From positions 8,864,006 to 8,928,005 of the forward strand of contig NC_083448.1 of assembly GCF_020745735.1 (NCBI RefSeq): a DNA stretch of 64,000 nt, in the 5' to 3' direction. Made by a program: the position numbers and the translations under genes. Positions 25,116-37,089 of the stretch are shown here, one piece after another. Source of the stretch: Hemiscyllium ocellatum. Its lineage: Eukaryota. The notes below the pieces were generated by a model. The model ran no database searches. It saw only the letters and a list, made by a program, of their open reading frames with translations, and was not told where the DNA came from. Every line of letters begins with the position of its first letter. The stretch's first letter is position 1.

Positions 25116-28100
25116 GTACATGTTAATTTATCACTTTCTCCAATACTGGAACCAAATATTTGGGCTTGTGGATCTGATGTGGGTAGGGGGCACTAATTGT
25201 AATGTGGATTACTTTATTTAAGGGTGGATTTGTGTAGCCCATCCAATGGGTTTTGTATTTGGTGTTAGTGTACACAGCTAATGAATTCTATTTCTTTTGT
25301 CGATGCAGGGGATGGAATAGCAAAATGATTATGACCTAGAGTGGCACATAGAATTGGGCACAAGGTTTTTTTTTGTTTTTAAAAGGATGCTTTAATGAAA
25401 ACAATGATTTAAAATATCTGTTTTAAAGCTTAGCATAGTGACTTAGAATAAAGGTAACTTTGATTAAGACATGCCATTTGTTTTCAACATCACCGTAAAG
25501 AAAATAGTGTTGGGGATTTTGATAGTGGTTTTTGACAAAGGACATTAGTGAGCTTCATGGTCCTGGCAAAGCTTTGTTGCTCGAAGTCACCAAACTAATT
25601 TTGTTGAAAGATGAACTTTTATGGGGCGTAGGTTACTTTTGATGACAAAGCCAGCAAAATTTACTTTTTACCTTTTTTTTTCAAAAAGATACTTTGGGCC
25701 TGTGACTTTATCAGTCCTTTTTGGCTTTTCACTTTTAAGACTGAATTGCTTTTTCTTCCAAAGAAGATAATCCTTGAGTCCAATCTTGTGAGCCAGTAAT
25801 AACAAAATTAGTTGTTCTTGTTAACTTTGGAAGGAATAGTTTAGAATATTAACTTCACCATGCACAGTTGCTAATTGGAAAATGTTAACTGCAGCAGTTA
25901 ACTCAAAATCTTAACTCTAAATATGTTTGGAGTTCTTTCAAATATTAAGGTTTTTATGGGCTGAAATTTAGCTCTGGTAATAATTCATAATGGTATATCG
26001 TACTAGTTATGTGACTTCTGAGCAGTGGTGCTGGTATTCAAAACTATTCCTTTAGTGTTTGTGCACAGTTGAGTGAAATTTCTGGATTCAGGCTATACAG
26101 TCATGCTGTAATTTGGCATTTGTTGTGTTGCACCATGGAGTGGTGGATGCAGGTATGTGCTTGCCATTCCAATGGAGTTTCCAAACCCACCTTTTCCAGT
26201 GTTGGGATAATTTCACCAAAGGCTGGTCACCTCTTTGATACAGAGGATTTGTGACCTGGGTTATTGGGGCTCGAGCCATTGCTTTTATGGCTGTTAACTG
26301 CCTGCCTGCATTTGGCTTCTCACGCCTTCAAATGGGATTACCCACAAAAGGGATGAAACCCTCTAACAGGTGTCTCTCCCTTTTTTTGAATTGGGTTATT
26401 TTATTTCCATAACCGTTTTTACTGATATACAAAATGTAAAGATTTTTAAGTTGTGCAACTGATGTCTCAGCACTACAATTCACTGTAGTTACTGGCTGTG
26501 AAGAATTTATAACTGGACCAGAAGTTTACATTAATCAGAAAACAAAATTCCTCATTATTCATCCAATTAACATTTATATTATGGTTCAATATAATGCCCC
26601 TTACTATGCTTTGTCTCTTGATTTTTAAAAACTGCATTCTCCATTTTTCCGGACGCATGTGCACCTCCAAATGAAGGGACATTTCATGTATGTGTTTACA
26701 AGGCTACTTCTCATGCATGAAACTTCATGATGAGCATTGGCAAGATTTTTGACCACTGCAAGGATCTGTGAGCAAAATGCAGTCCTTGTCGCACTAATCC
26801 TGTCAGCATGGTCAGAGAGCAAATAAGGACACTGCCTGTGATGCATTATTCACTTCGAGTAGCATTTCAAAAAGTACTGGTTTCCCAGAACTCTGACACT
26901 GAATGACTTTGGATTCAGCCAGCTGATGCACTATAGATCTGCCATAGATTTGTAGTATCAGGAGATAGATCGACAATTGAATTTGTGTTGTCGTAAATGT
27001 TTCTGTCTGGACTAACTGAAAGTGCTAGAAAAGTCAGGCTTCATATTGAATAAGTTAACTTCAGTGATGATATAATGCAGTCACCTAGCTGTTGGGACCA
27101 GCAACTGGTTTGATACTCTTATGGTTTCTTCACAGTCAGTAACTTGCAGCATGTATTATAAATGGACTCTTTTATTTTAAGACCATGCTAAATTGGTGTA
27201 TTGATGCAGAGTTTGCTTAGTGAATGCACAGGCTGCATATTGCTAATTACCTAAAGCAAAAGGATCCTCAGTTTAGTGTAATACTGGAGCTTGATGCTCT
27301 TTACTATTTGTGCAGTTTAAACAGTCAATCACAAGTATTGGATTCTATCACTATGCCTAAGATTTACTTGGAGGAAAGTAGTTAAAGTTTCTGCAATCAG
27401 TGTGTAGTTCCTTAATTGCATGCCGATTCATGCATTTCTTCTAAAATTGTTGCATTATTTGTTTTAATTAAGTAAGCTAAGTGTTGTAGGCTGTTAATCA
27501 GTAATTATGTCAAATGATATGATATGGGCTGTTTCCACCTAGTAACTGGCACTGAAAAGGTTCTGTTTCACCAGTTTGTGCTGACTCTTAACAGAGTAAG
27601 TGGGGCTTCATTCATTTGCTTGCAAATAAGGCCCTAACTTTTGATGTGAAGTGGAGAAAACAGCAATTGTTTTTCTTCATTAACAAACTGCATGAAACTC
27701 TCGTCACTGTTCCTTTGTACATTCAAGATAAGAATTGTGCCCAGATACTTAATTTTTTTTTAAAATCCTGGTGACACAAGTGAACAGAAATGTAGTTATT
27801 TATTTCTGAAGTTTTGTCAACACGATTGTTACTTTAGGTAGCACAAATCCGTGAACAAGGACAAATTAATCAGGTCTTAGGTTATGCAGTTTGAACTTTA
27901 ATGTTTATTGGCAGTCATCTTGGTTTCTCTTGTAGGTGTAAGGCTGAAACAATTTGAGTATGACAGTAATGACCTACTGATTGTGGTCATGATTAAATAA
28001 TTTCTTACAATTTAATTCATGTTTTTAATATTAGTTTAAAACAATGTTGTCCTGCTCCTTTGCAAGTGTTGGTTTATATAAATGTGCAAACATATCTAAC

Positions 28101-28272
28101 TTTTTTTTTGTTGGATCTTTGCTTTATTTAAAAAGCATTCTGCAGCCATTGATTTCATTAGTCAATTCTGACATCAGTACTCAATATTTATATTCTATAG
28201 TATGTGCATGAGTAGGAATGTTTCAATTTTTAATATTGTTCCCCTTGTGGGGTATTTGTCCTTGGGTTGAAG

Positions 28273-28411
28273 GGTTGGAAATCGTGCCAAATGGGATAAC
28301 ATTGCCGGTGGACTACCAGGGGAGAAGCACGGGGGAAGCCTTCGTGCAGTTTGCATCAAAGGAGATAGCTGAAAAAGCACTGGGGAAACACAAGGAAAGA
28401 ATAGGGCACAG
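28273..28411 (+). CDS. hnRNP H3-like coding exon 4 (139-nt autoregulated cassette exon)
   Basis: ttgggttgaag| [47 protein letters not shown] |gtggggatgg. Confidence 0.96.
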
Positions 28412-30399
28412 GTGGGGATGGACGGAAGGGTGGCTCATACGTCTTTAAGCCCACTTGTTCAGGTTGCAGAATTCATCTGTTCTTGCAGAGAAAATTGTCG
28501 AACCTCCCACATGCCATTGGAAACCTGAGTGGGGACTCAACTGATTGTTCTAAATTGTCAAAATGATGTCTTATACTGCTGGGCCTTCTATATGTTACTT
28601 CAAAATTAAATTGATTGAATGATAAGCCAGGGCAATGTTTGCCCTTCAGTCCCAACTTTGTAAAGATTGATTTTTTAGAGGGCCTTGCAGTTAGGATTAT
28701 CGTGGATGTAAATGTTTTAAAATTTGAATTGTTTCAATTTGACTCAGTTTGAGTAATTTGTTCAAACATATTGATTTGGATTAATTAAATTGCATATCCA
28801 AAGTGCAGTTCCAAATTAAATTGTAACATTCACAAAGCAATGTCGCAATTGTGGGACATTTTCTCCCCCGCCCCACTTCATTAATTTATCACTTTGTGCG
28901 TCAAGCACACAGCATTCCATGTGTTTGTCTTCATCTCACCAAATGGGAAGATGAAGACTACTTGGTTTGCTGAGTTTTTTAACTGTTCTGTTATTCCAGT
29001 AGAAAAGTATTGCACTTGAAATCAGTATTAAGATTCGCGTTCAGAAGCGTCGGTATTAATAGCTAATTGGTGAAATTTTGTCTGAAATGCTTGTGTTGTA
29101 TCTCTGATATCTTGCATTAAACTTGGTATTTAAAATGTCTGACTTGATGCCTTATTGCATGTAGCTTGAAATTTTATCTCATTCCTCGTTTTGGAGAGAA
29201 CAGTACTAGATATTTAAAATAGTTCAGGTCCCGTGACTGCGTCACCTTGTGTTTTTTATTTTGTTTTGTTTTCTTTGCAGTTTCCCACCAGACCTTAACT
29301 ACTTTGAGCCCCCGGTATTGGATGGCACTTGGGGTTGGTGGATTCCAGAATTCTGGAAACGATGCCAAGATTGCGCTCTGTAGTTACTCATTTGCGAAGA
29401 TGTGTTCCTTTAATCAAATATTTCTGGAGTTGAGGAACTGTACGAGTTGCAATAATAGGATTTATATTCTGATGATGTTTCTGACCATATAGTGGCTACT
29501 TGTAGTCAGGTTTCTGGGAGTCATTACAAATCAGATGGTCACAGTAATCACTGGAACTTAGATGGAATATGCACATGACAAATACAATTTAGACCAAATT
29601 GCATGACACACATTGTGTTCTGTGTTCTTGGATAGTTCACAAATTTCACTATTGGAACCAGATGCAGGTGAATAGTTCATTATTGGCATCAGGTTCATGA
29701 ACACCAGACTATGAAACAACCTGCAGTTACTTCATGTAACTGGCTTCTATGTTTCAAATTTTGCTACTGCAAGTCAGACATTTTATATCTAAATGGCAGA
29801 TTATTTCCAAAATTAAATAGCTGCTATGTTTGAAAAATTGACTATGCTTATTTTTTGTTTAGATAATGTAGACAGATTGCTCTGGTGAAAAGGTAATTAG
29901 ATCCATTTTCAGACGTGCCAGACTGATCATTGAGTGAATTTCAGGGTCCCATCCAGTTATAATGGATAAGACTGCTGTTTTAAATATACTCGCTCATTAA
30001 TAATAGAGATACACCAGGATGCATTTGAAAATTTTGCTTTGTGTATGAATTCAGTTTGTGTAAATGTGTTTTTAAAGTTGCTCCCAAAACCTGTCCCTGA
30101 GCTATGAAGCACATCCTTTGTCTTCAAGAGTCATGCCGTCAACCTTGACACTTCAGCCTGCTTCCAAAATAAATGATGAAAACATCTCTCTTTGGTGTCT
30201 GTGAATGTGGGCTTTTTTTTCCTCTTTTGAAGACCCAATTTCAAATTGCTTATTCTGTTCCAGGATGTGTGTTCTGTTTGAGTGGTTGAATTTTGATGTC
30301 TTTTCACCAGAGCAATCTGCAACCATAATACCAACATGTTGAGTAGTGAACTGAAATAGCTGAAGGCAAGATGTAAATATATCAATTGTGGCTGTTTAG

Positions 30400-30590
30400 G
30401 TATATTGAAATCTTCAGGAGCAGCAGAGGTGAGATTCGAACTTTCCATGATCCTCCAAGAAGGTTAATGGGTCAGCGACCAGGACCCTATGACAGACCAA
30501 TGGGGGGTGGAAGAAGTGGCTACGGTGGTCCAGGGCCCATGAGAGGAGACATGTTTGACCGTGCACGTAGAGGATCTGGCTACGGTGGAG
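30400..30590 (+). CDS. hnRNP H3-like coding exon 5 (GYR region, RPGPY PY-NLS)
   Basis: tttag| [63 protein letters not shown] |gtaaga; 191 nt. Confidence 0.95.
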
Positions 30591-30781
30591 GTAAGAGGAG
30601 AATGGGCAGTTTTCGCTCAATTTTTATGAACAGTTGGGCGTTGCACTAATGCATTGCATTTTTCAGACGTATGAATCAATCATCGTAATGTGCCTCTAAC
30701 TTGAGGCATGTAGTTGAGAGGTTGGAATTAAAGTTTGATCTATCTTTTGGTTGAAGCCAGCCTGTCTCTTTCTCTCCATAG

Positions 30782-30880
30782 GTTATGGCAACTTTGATGA
30801 TTATGGTTATAATGATAACTATGGTTATGGGCGTGATGCATACGGACACAATTCCAGAGCTGGTGCAATGATGGATAGAG
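30782..30880 (+). CDS. hnRNP H3-like coding exon 6
   Basis: ccatag| GYGNFDDYGYNDNYGYGRDAYGHNSRAGAMMDR |gtaggg; 99 nt. Confidence 0.88.
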
Positions 30881-31096
30881 GTAGGGCATCTTTGCTTAAG
30901 AGAAAGAAAGGCGTTTGGCTGAAATTTGGTTAGTGCTTTTAATCAATGGTGTCTTTGCAGCAAAGCAGAAGTTCTTTACTTTGTGCAATTCATTTATTAG
31001 TCTAATTCAAATTGTCTAGAACTTGTGATATGTTAATGTTGGATAACTTGATCATGGAGATATATTCAGTTACATACATGATTGTTCTTGCTCTAG

Positions 31097-31218
31097 CTAT
31101 GGGCAGTCGTGGTTATGGTGGAGCAGGTGATGCTGGTCCGTTGTTTCAGAATGGTACAGGTCATTACGTACATATGAGGGGATTACCTTTCAGAGCTTCA
31201 GAAGGAGATGTTGCTGAT
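31097..31218 (+). CDS. hnRNP H3-like coding exon 7 (start of qRRM3)
   Basis: ctctag| [41 protein letters not shown] |gtaagt; 122 nt. Confidence 0.93.
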
Positions 31219-31599
31219 GTAAGTGTGACTTTTGAGGAATTTGCTCTACGTTTTGGGGAGGGGAGGTTGTTAAGGGCTTATTTTGTTCAGTTCAAATAGA
31301 AACAATTTGAATATTGCATGACATGATGGATGACAGTTTAGTTCTTGTGCTAGCTTTTCATGTGACAGACTGAAGCCCATGATGATGAAAATAGAAGCAT
31401 AATTTCTTGTTTTTGTCTTTGGTTCCTAATGTGAATGTTACACAGTACAAACCTTTACGAAATTATTGCTTGCTTTTGGACCCATTGTGCTTTCATTAAA
31501 TGTTGCAAAACAAATGGTTATTTTATTTTGTTTGAGGGGAAATACCTCTAATTTACTTTTGTTCATCTGTTTACAACTGTACTATTACATTCCTTGCAG

Positions 31600-31735
31600 T
31601 TCTTTTCACCGCTGATTCCTGTAAAGATAAACTTTGAATATGGCTCTGATGGTCGGCTTACTGGAGAGGCTGATGTTGAGTTTGCCACACATGAAGATGC
31701 AGTTGCTGCTATGTCGAAAGATAAAGCTCATATGC
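31600..31735 (+). CDS. hnRNP H3-like coding exon 8 (qRRM3)
   Basis: ttgcag| [45 protein letters not shown] |gtaagt; 136 nt. Confidence 0.95.
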
Positions 31736-32328
31736 GTAAGTAGTTCAGTGTCATAGGGGTACAGCACGGAAGCAGACTCTTTGGTTCGACTTGATTTTAG
31801 CATTTGTCAACAGGTCAGTTTTTCAACTTCAGTTTTCTACCAAGAGCTTCATTGTACATGCTGAGTTTGGATCTGCTAACTTTATACAGATTAGATAAAG
31901 TAAGGACAAATTAAGCATTTGGACTTTGATTTCAAAGCTTTCGATGTGACCAATTCACCGAAAGTACTCTGGTAAAAACAACACGCATGCAACTGCAAGA
32001 ACAATTAAACCAAAACTCAAGTTTTATTCATAACGCAGTCCTTTTAAGTCTTCTTTTGTATTGAAACTCATTTTTAGCTCCCATTGACATGTTTCATATT
32101 GTTACTTTGCCAGATGGCTAAGGCCTAATCCTAGAATTGCCTTTTCTGACACTAAATCTTTTGATGCTTCCAGTTCACAAGTTGAAGGGATTATCTTTGC
32201 ATCTTTTGAAGTTCTGTGGAATTTTGGGAGTTAATTGACTTTAGTTTTTCCTCTGTTTGAGATTGTTCATTAATGTCAAAATGCGTGATTGCAAATTGTG
32301 TCCTTACTAACTGAAATTTACTACTTAG

Positions 32329-32445
32329 AACACAGATACATCGAATTGTTCCTGGATTCCACTGCAAACATGGGAGCTGGGCCTGGTGGCTATGGAAATC
32401 ACAGAATGGGTGCAATGGGCATGGGTATGGACCATTATGCAGCAG
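32329..32445 (+). CDS. hnRNP H3-like coding exon 9
   Basis: TACTAAC branch point at 32305-32311; cttag| QHRYIELFLDSTANMGAGPGGYGNHRMGAMGMGMDHYAA |gtaatt; 117 nt. Confidence 0.9.
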
Positions 32446-32906
32446 GTAATTTTCTCAAATTATGGCTGTCCATCTGACACTGTTTCTAGTTTGCTTTGTG
32501 TCCATGAGTTGATTTTACAGATTTTAGATGGGCCTATATACGCATGTTCGTTAACACTTGTTTGTTCAGCAATGTGTAGGCCAAAAGCTAGAGGATATTG
32601 CTGAGCAGGTCATACCCTCCTCGCACACGCGCGCGCGCACACTATTGCAGGGTGTTTTTTTTTTTAAATCCCTTCAACCAATAAGTGCTATCATGCTCCA
32701 CTCCACCATCTGCTGCCTATTGCAAAGAGTACCTGATCTCAATCCTTCATGTAAAGTAGTTTAGTGCAATATTGAAGCTTAGTGATTTGCAAGCTATACT
32801 GGTGAATGTAAACAAATTAGTGCTTTGTTTAAGCAGGGGTTGCTGCTATGGGGTGGGGGGTGGAAGAATGATAGATCTAAGTGCGCATTTTTGTGTTGAT
32901 ACACAG

Positions 32907-33011
32907 GAACTCAAGGAGGCTATGCTCATAACAGTCAGGCTATGGCCAATAGCTATGGCAATATGGGCAATAGCTATGGATATGGAAATCCTGGAAACAC
33001 ACGTGGATTTG
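32907..33011 (+). CDS. hnRNP H3-like coding exon 10 (Gly/Tyr-rich)
   Basis: acacag| GTQGGYAHNSQAMANSYGNMGNSYGYGNPGNTRGF |gtaagt; 105 nt, frame-consistent. Confidence 0.85.
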
Positions 33012-33288
33012 GTAAGTGCAACTGTATGTTATTAAAACTTTGGTTCCAACTTTTGGATGAGTTGCTTTATATGGGAAATGAAGAGCTTTAGGAGAATTTA
33101 TCACAGTTGACATGTCAATAGCTAACTTGATATGTGAAATGAATAATTGGCAACAATTCATTTAGAGGTTAATTTTCTTTTTACACAAGATTAGGATGCA
33201 AGCTGAATGTAATATTGGAACTTGAAAGTTTGTTAATACGAATTTTAAGTAATGATTGTTCTAAAACCTTATTCTCTTTAAATTGCAG

Positions 33289-33386
33289 GTTATGGTGGTA
33301 TGGGAGGAGGTGGATATTCAGGCAATCCAAATCAGCACATGGGAATGGGCAACCTCGATACGAGCATGGCTGGATGGAGAATGTAA
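33289..33386 (+). CDS. hnRNP H3-like last coding exon
   Basis: ttgcag| GYGGMGGGGYSGNPNQHMGMGNLDTSMAGWRM*; the GWRM end resembles HNRNPH3 GWRGMY; total CDS 1386 nt. Confidence 0.85.
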
Positions 33387-34536
33387 ACTTAATTATGCTC
33401 ATCAGGCCATGAGCCACCAGCTTCAAGAACCCAAACTCTGCCACAATTTCATAATGGATGACCAATGCAGCAGCATTGCTGTTTGTTTTTTCGTCTGAAC
33501 CAAAAGCAGTAATATTTTTACTAATAGAGCTACTTTGCAATTCTTTTTATTTTTTTACATGTTTTGGTGTAAACCTAGAAAGCCCATGTTGTCCAGGCTT
33601 GGGTAACTTTGTTTGAAGCTTCGGGTATTAGACCTGATGGAGAGTTTAAAACTTGTTTTGATAATTTTGGACTTGAGTGAATGTGGCAAATCAAAGTAAA
33701 CATCTCGTTCAAAGCCGCCTTTTGATGAATTCTTAATTATTTTAACTAAACTAAATCTAACATTCAATCACCTTTTACAAATATTCTGAGCAAGTTGTGT
33801 GATTGTGAATACCTTTTTTACTTGGGTGATACCATTTTAAAAATGAAACCAGGAGAGATTTTGCTTCTGTTTCTATGGTCTTTACCAGAGGATCACCAAC
33901 AAAATGTCCACACTTTGTTCAATTTGAGGTTGAATGTCACATGTAGAAATGTGCGGTTATGGACATCTGGTGAACATCTTTTACTAATGTCTTTATAAAC
34001 AATTTCTGTCCCATTCATTCGCCAATTAGACCACAACTGCACATACTGTTCCAAGTTCAAATTGTACGTCTTTTGGTTACCCTGTTCACTTCTGTTGCTC
34101 CCTCTAGCTAATTTTAACAGCTACTTGCGAGGTTCTCAGTTGGCATTTGTTTGTCTTCTGGAATGCAGATATAGGGTGTTACAACAGTGTTGAGCTGCCA
34201 GTTCCTCCTGCTTGTATCCTTGAGCGTTGCTATTGGAAATCCAAGCAAACGTTTTCTTTGGCAGTTGCTGTTGTTTTTTTTTAACTATGTCTGGTTCACA
34301 TCGTTTTTAACCTTTTAGATTCTTAATTTCTTGACTGTTAGCAATGTAGTTTTACAAATAAGAAGTGTACCTTGGTACCTTTTTTTCCTGAAAGGTGGTT
34401 TTTTTTTGGTTGCCATGCTTTGTTCAGTGGGACATATTGACTTTGACTTTGACAATTGAATGTGCAGCTTCTGAAACCTGTACTTTTTTCAGCATATGTG
34501 AAAGATGACTTACTGTACATTTCTAATGGTGAATAT

Positions 34537-34542
34537 AATAAA
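34537..34542 (+). terminator. Probable polyadenylation signal of the hnRNP gene (a second AATAAA at 34823)
   Basis: AATAAA after a U-rich 3' UTR, with an upstream TGTA element. Confidence 0.55.
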
Positions 34543-37089
34543 GTGTAATTTCAGAAATATGTGAACAGGACAAGCTTTCTTCAGGGCTCATGTGGGGCCC
34601 CAGTTTAGTCCCTGAACTTCTGTACATGATTGCCAACTTCACACTTGTGCGATTGATCTTGCCTGGAGAAGCAAGGACATTTGAAGATGCTGCTGCTGTA
34701 CGTTTTTATTTGCAGATGTGAATTACACTAGGTTTCTGTAAATAGTGCACAGGGTACATCGTTTTCATGAATGGCTGAATATGATTATATGCAGGTGAGA
34801 AAAGTATGAAATGACCTGGGGCAATAAATTTAAGATGGCGTATGAGTCATTACACTGTTTAAAATTTGAAATACACTGCCACCTTAGGTGGGACATAAGA
34901 ATCACTATCGTTTCTGACAGATGTTGTCCCAACTTAGTGGGATCTAGTGCACAGAGTGCAGATGCAATGGGCTGACTGAATCAATAACTGACTATTGATC
35001 TTTTAAGTTGCTCTTCACTGCAGGTCCTGGCAAAATTTGTTGCTGACTTATTACTTGAGCTGCACTGTTCACCTGCACCTGAAATGTCATGAGTAATAAT
35101 TCATCACGAGAATGGACTCAAGTTTGTCTAGTGATACAGTCAGCATTTCTTAATACCATTGCAAAAGCGATTTCCGTTTTAAGTATTGTCTGTATGCTCA
35201 TTCTGTTTTCCAATCCATTCTTCGATCCTGTCCACTTCCTTCATTGGTGCATCCCTTTTTGAAGAAAAGTCAAATATCTAAATTTATGAATTGGTCATTG
35301 ACATGTGGTCAGTGAACCTTGCGATTTTTGAGTTTCTAGTAGTAACTGTAAATAGCAAAGAACTGTTATGAAAACAAATCGCTGGAGGAGTGGAGCGAAT
35401 CATCTGGTAGCATCTGTACAGATTAAGTACAGTTAACGTTGAGTCCAGTGATGACTCTTTAGAACTGACACATACAGTATTTTTAATAGGTTTGTCTTTG
35501 GAATCCTTCATGTGACTTGCATCCTCTTAACTAGTATGTCATTTGTTGCTTTTTTTGTTCTCACTGTCAGTATGTCTTTCATAGGACATTGGCAAATCAC
35601 TGAATCAGTCTTGCCACTAACCTGCTGAGTATTCAAAAATCAGAGCCAAAATATCAAATCGCATTGGCCTTCAACAAATGTTATCCAATGAATAGTTTGC
35701 ATGCAACAGTTAACATGTCCAAGATAGGCTGATGTATCAGTTGTTGGTATATTCACCCATAGAATATTTGTAATCCTTTAGGTAATGACCTTTAAAAATC
35801 TGAACATTTTGAAGCCTGAGATTCACTCCACTTTGGGCTGGACATTCAAAGATCAACCTTATGATTGACTGACTTGAAAGTTCACATGGTGGAAAAGGAA
35901 TCCCCTATCCTACAGGCTTTAATCTTTACTCTTGGGCGGTATGTCCTTCTTATGAAGTTAACCTATGTCCTTTGAAGTATTTTGATATTTTGTTCCTGGT
36001 CATTTCATCCTCTCTGATGGACTAGTTGAAGTTATTGATGTACTTCATGGAGAAACTGCAGTAACTGCTAGATTATTCTGAACAACTGTCCAATTGGGAA
36101 GGAAAAACATTTACCAAAAAGTCACCTGTACCTGTCACTGCTTTCATTTAGTAGTTCAGTCATTCTGTCCTGTTCAGTCAAGTCTGTCAGTGTATTGTCC
36201 TGAAGTGGCTTTACCCTAGTAAGCTCATTTTATCCCAGGTCATTTGTTTAGGAGACAGTCACACAGGGGTATCTGTCTGCTTAGTTTCCCTTGTGTTCTG
36301 TAATCCTTTGCACTGGGGTGACACCACTCTTGAAGAAAGTGGCCAAATTTAGAGTTGTGGACATGTTTGTCGGAACCTCTGGTTTTCTTGATTTATTCTA
36401 GACTTGGTTGTGCAGGTCACCTTTCAAAACCTGCGGATCGGGCTGGAAGATATTGTTGTGACAGAAATGCTGACCTTCAGAAGACACCAGTTGCATCAGC
36501 GGAAATTGGTGGCTCGGTGGTAGATTGAATTTCACAACCCATTTAAAATGACTAAATGGGTTTGAAGGACAAGGCAAAATAAAATGATCAAGTCAACAGA
36601 TGGTGCATACTTTATGGCAATCCACGTTACTATACACTTGTTGCAATTTTGTATCCTACAAGAAAAGCTAACTAGTTACAATCTATGTGTATAGATTTTG
36701 GGTTTTGTCCTGTTTGGCATAACATTATCACAGATTGCAAAAACATTTTTTGCGTGATTTTGAGGGACAGCCTTGATTTCCATGCCAGGATGAAAACATG
36801 ATGGTTGTATGATGCAGTTAGTCAAAATTCAGAAGCTAAATTGGGTAGTTGGTGAAAATTTGTTTGCAGGATTCAAGAACCACAAGTGCTCCTTTTTTTG
36901 AGGGGAAGAAAAATAGGGTTTGTGTTCCTTTTTTTTTTTGTTTTTTGCATTGTTAGTTTCCCAATCCTTTGCCATGCCTTACCAGCTGATGTCAAGGTAT
37001 TCCTTTTTAGATGGTATCACCTGTACCAGTATTTGGTTCCAAAATAGAATTTTTCAGCAGTATGACAAATTCATGTCCTGACATGAACT

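Noticed and set aside
29343-29358. 16-bp palindrome ttccagaattctggaa as a heat-shock element
   Set aside because: The nGAAn spacing is wrong at the centre and it lies deep in an intron
26720-31400. Intronic box C/D snoRNAs (RTGATGA at ~26727, 27064, 30173, 31382)
   Set aside because: No suitably spaced box D (CTGA) with a terminal stem
21802-33386. GRSF1 or retrocopy HNRNPF/HNRNPH2
   Set aside because: No N-terminal mitochondrial extension; it has Gly/Tyr-rich domains, an RPGPY NLS and a full set of introns
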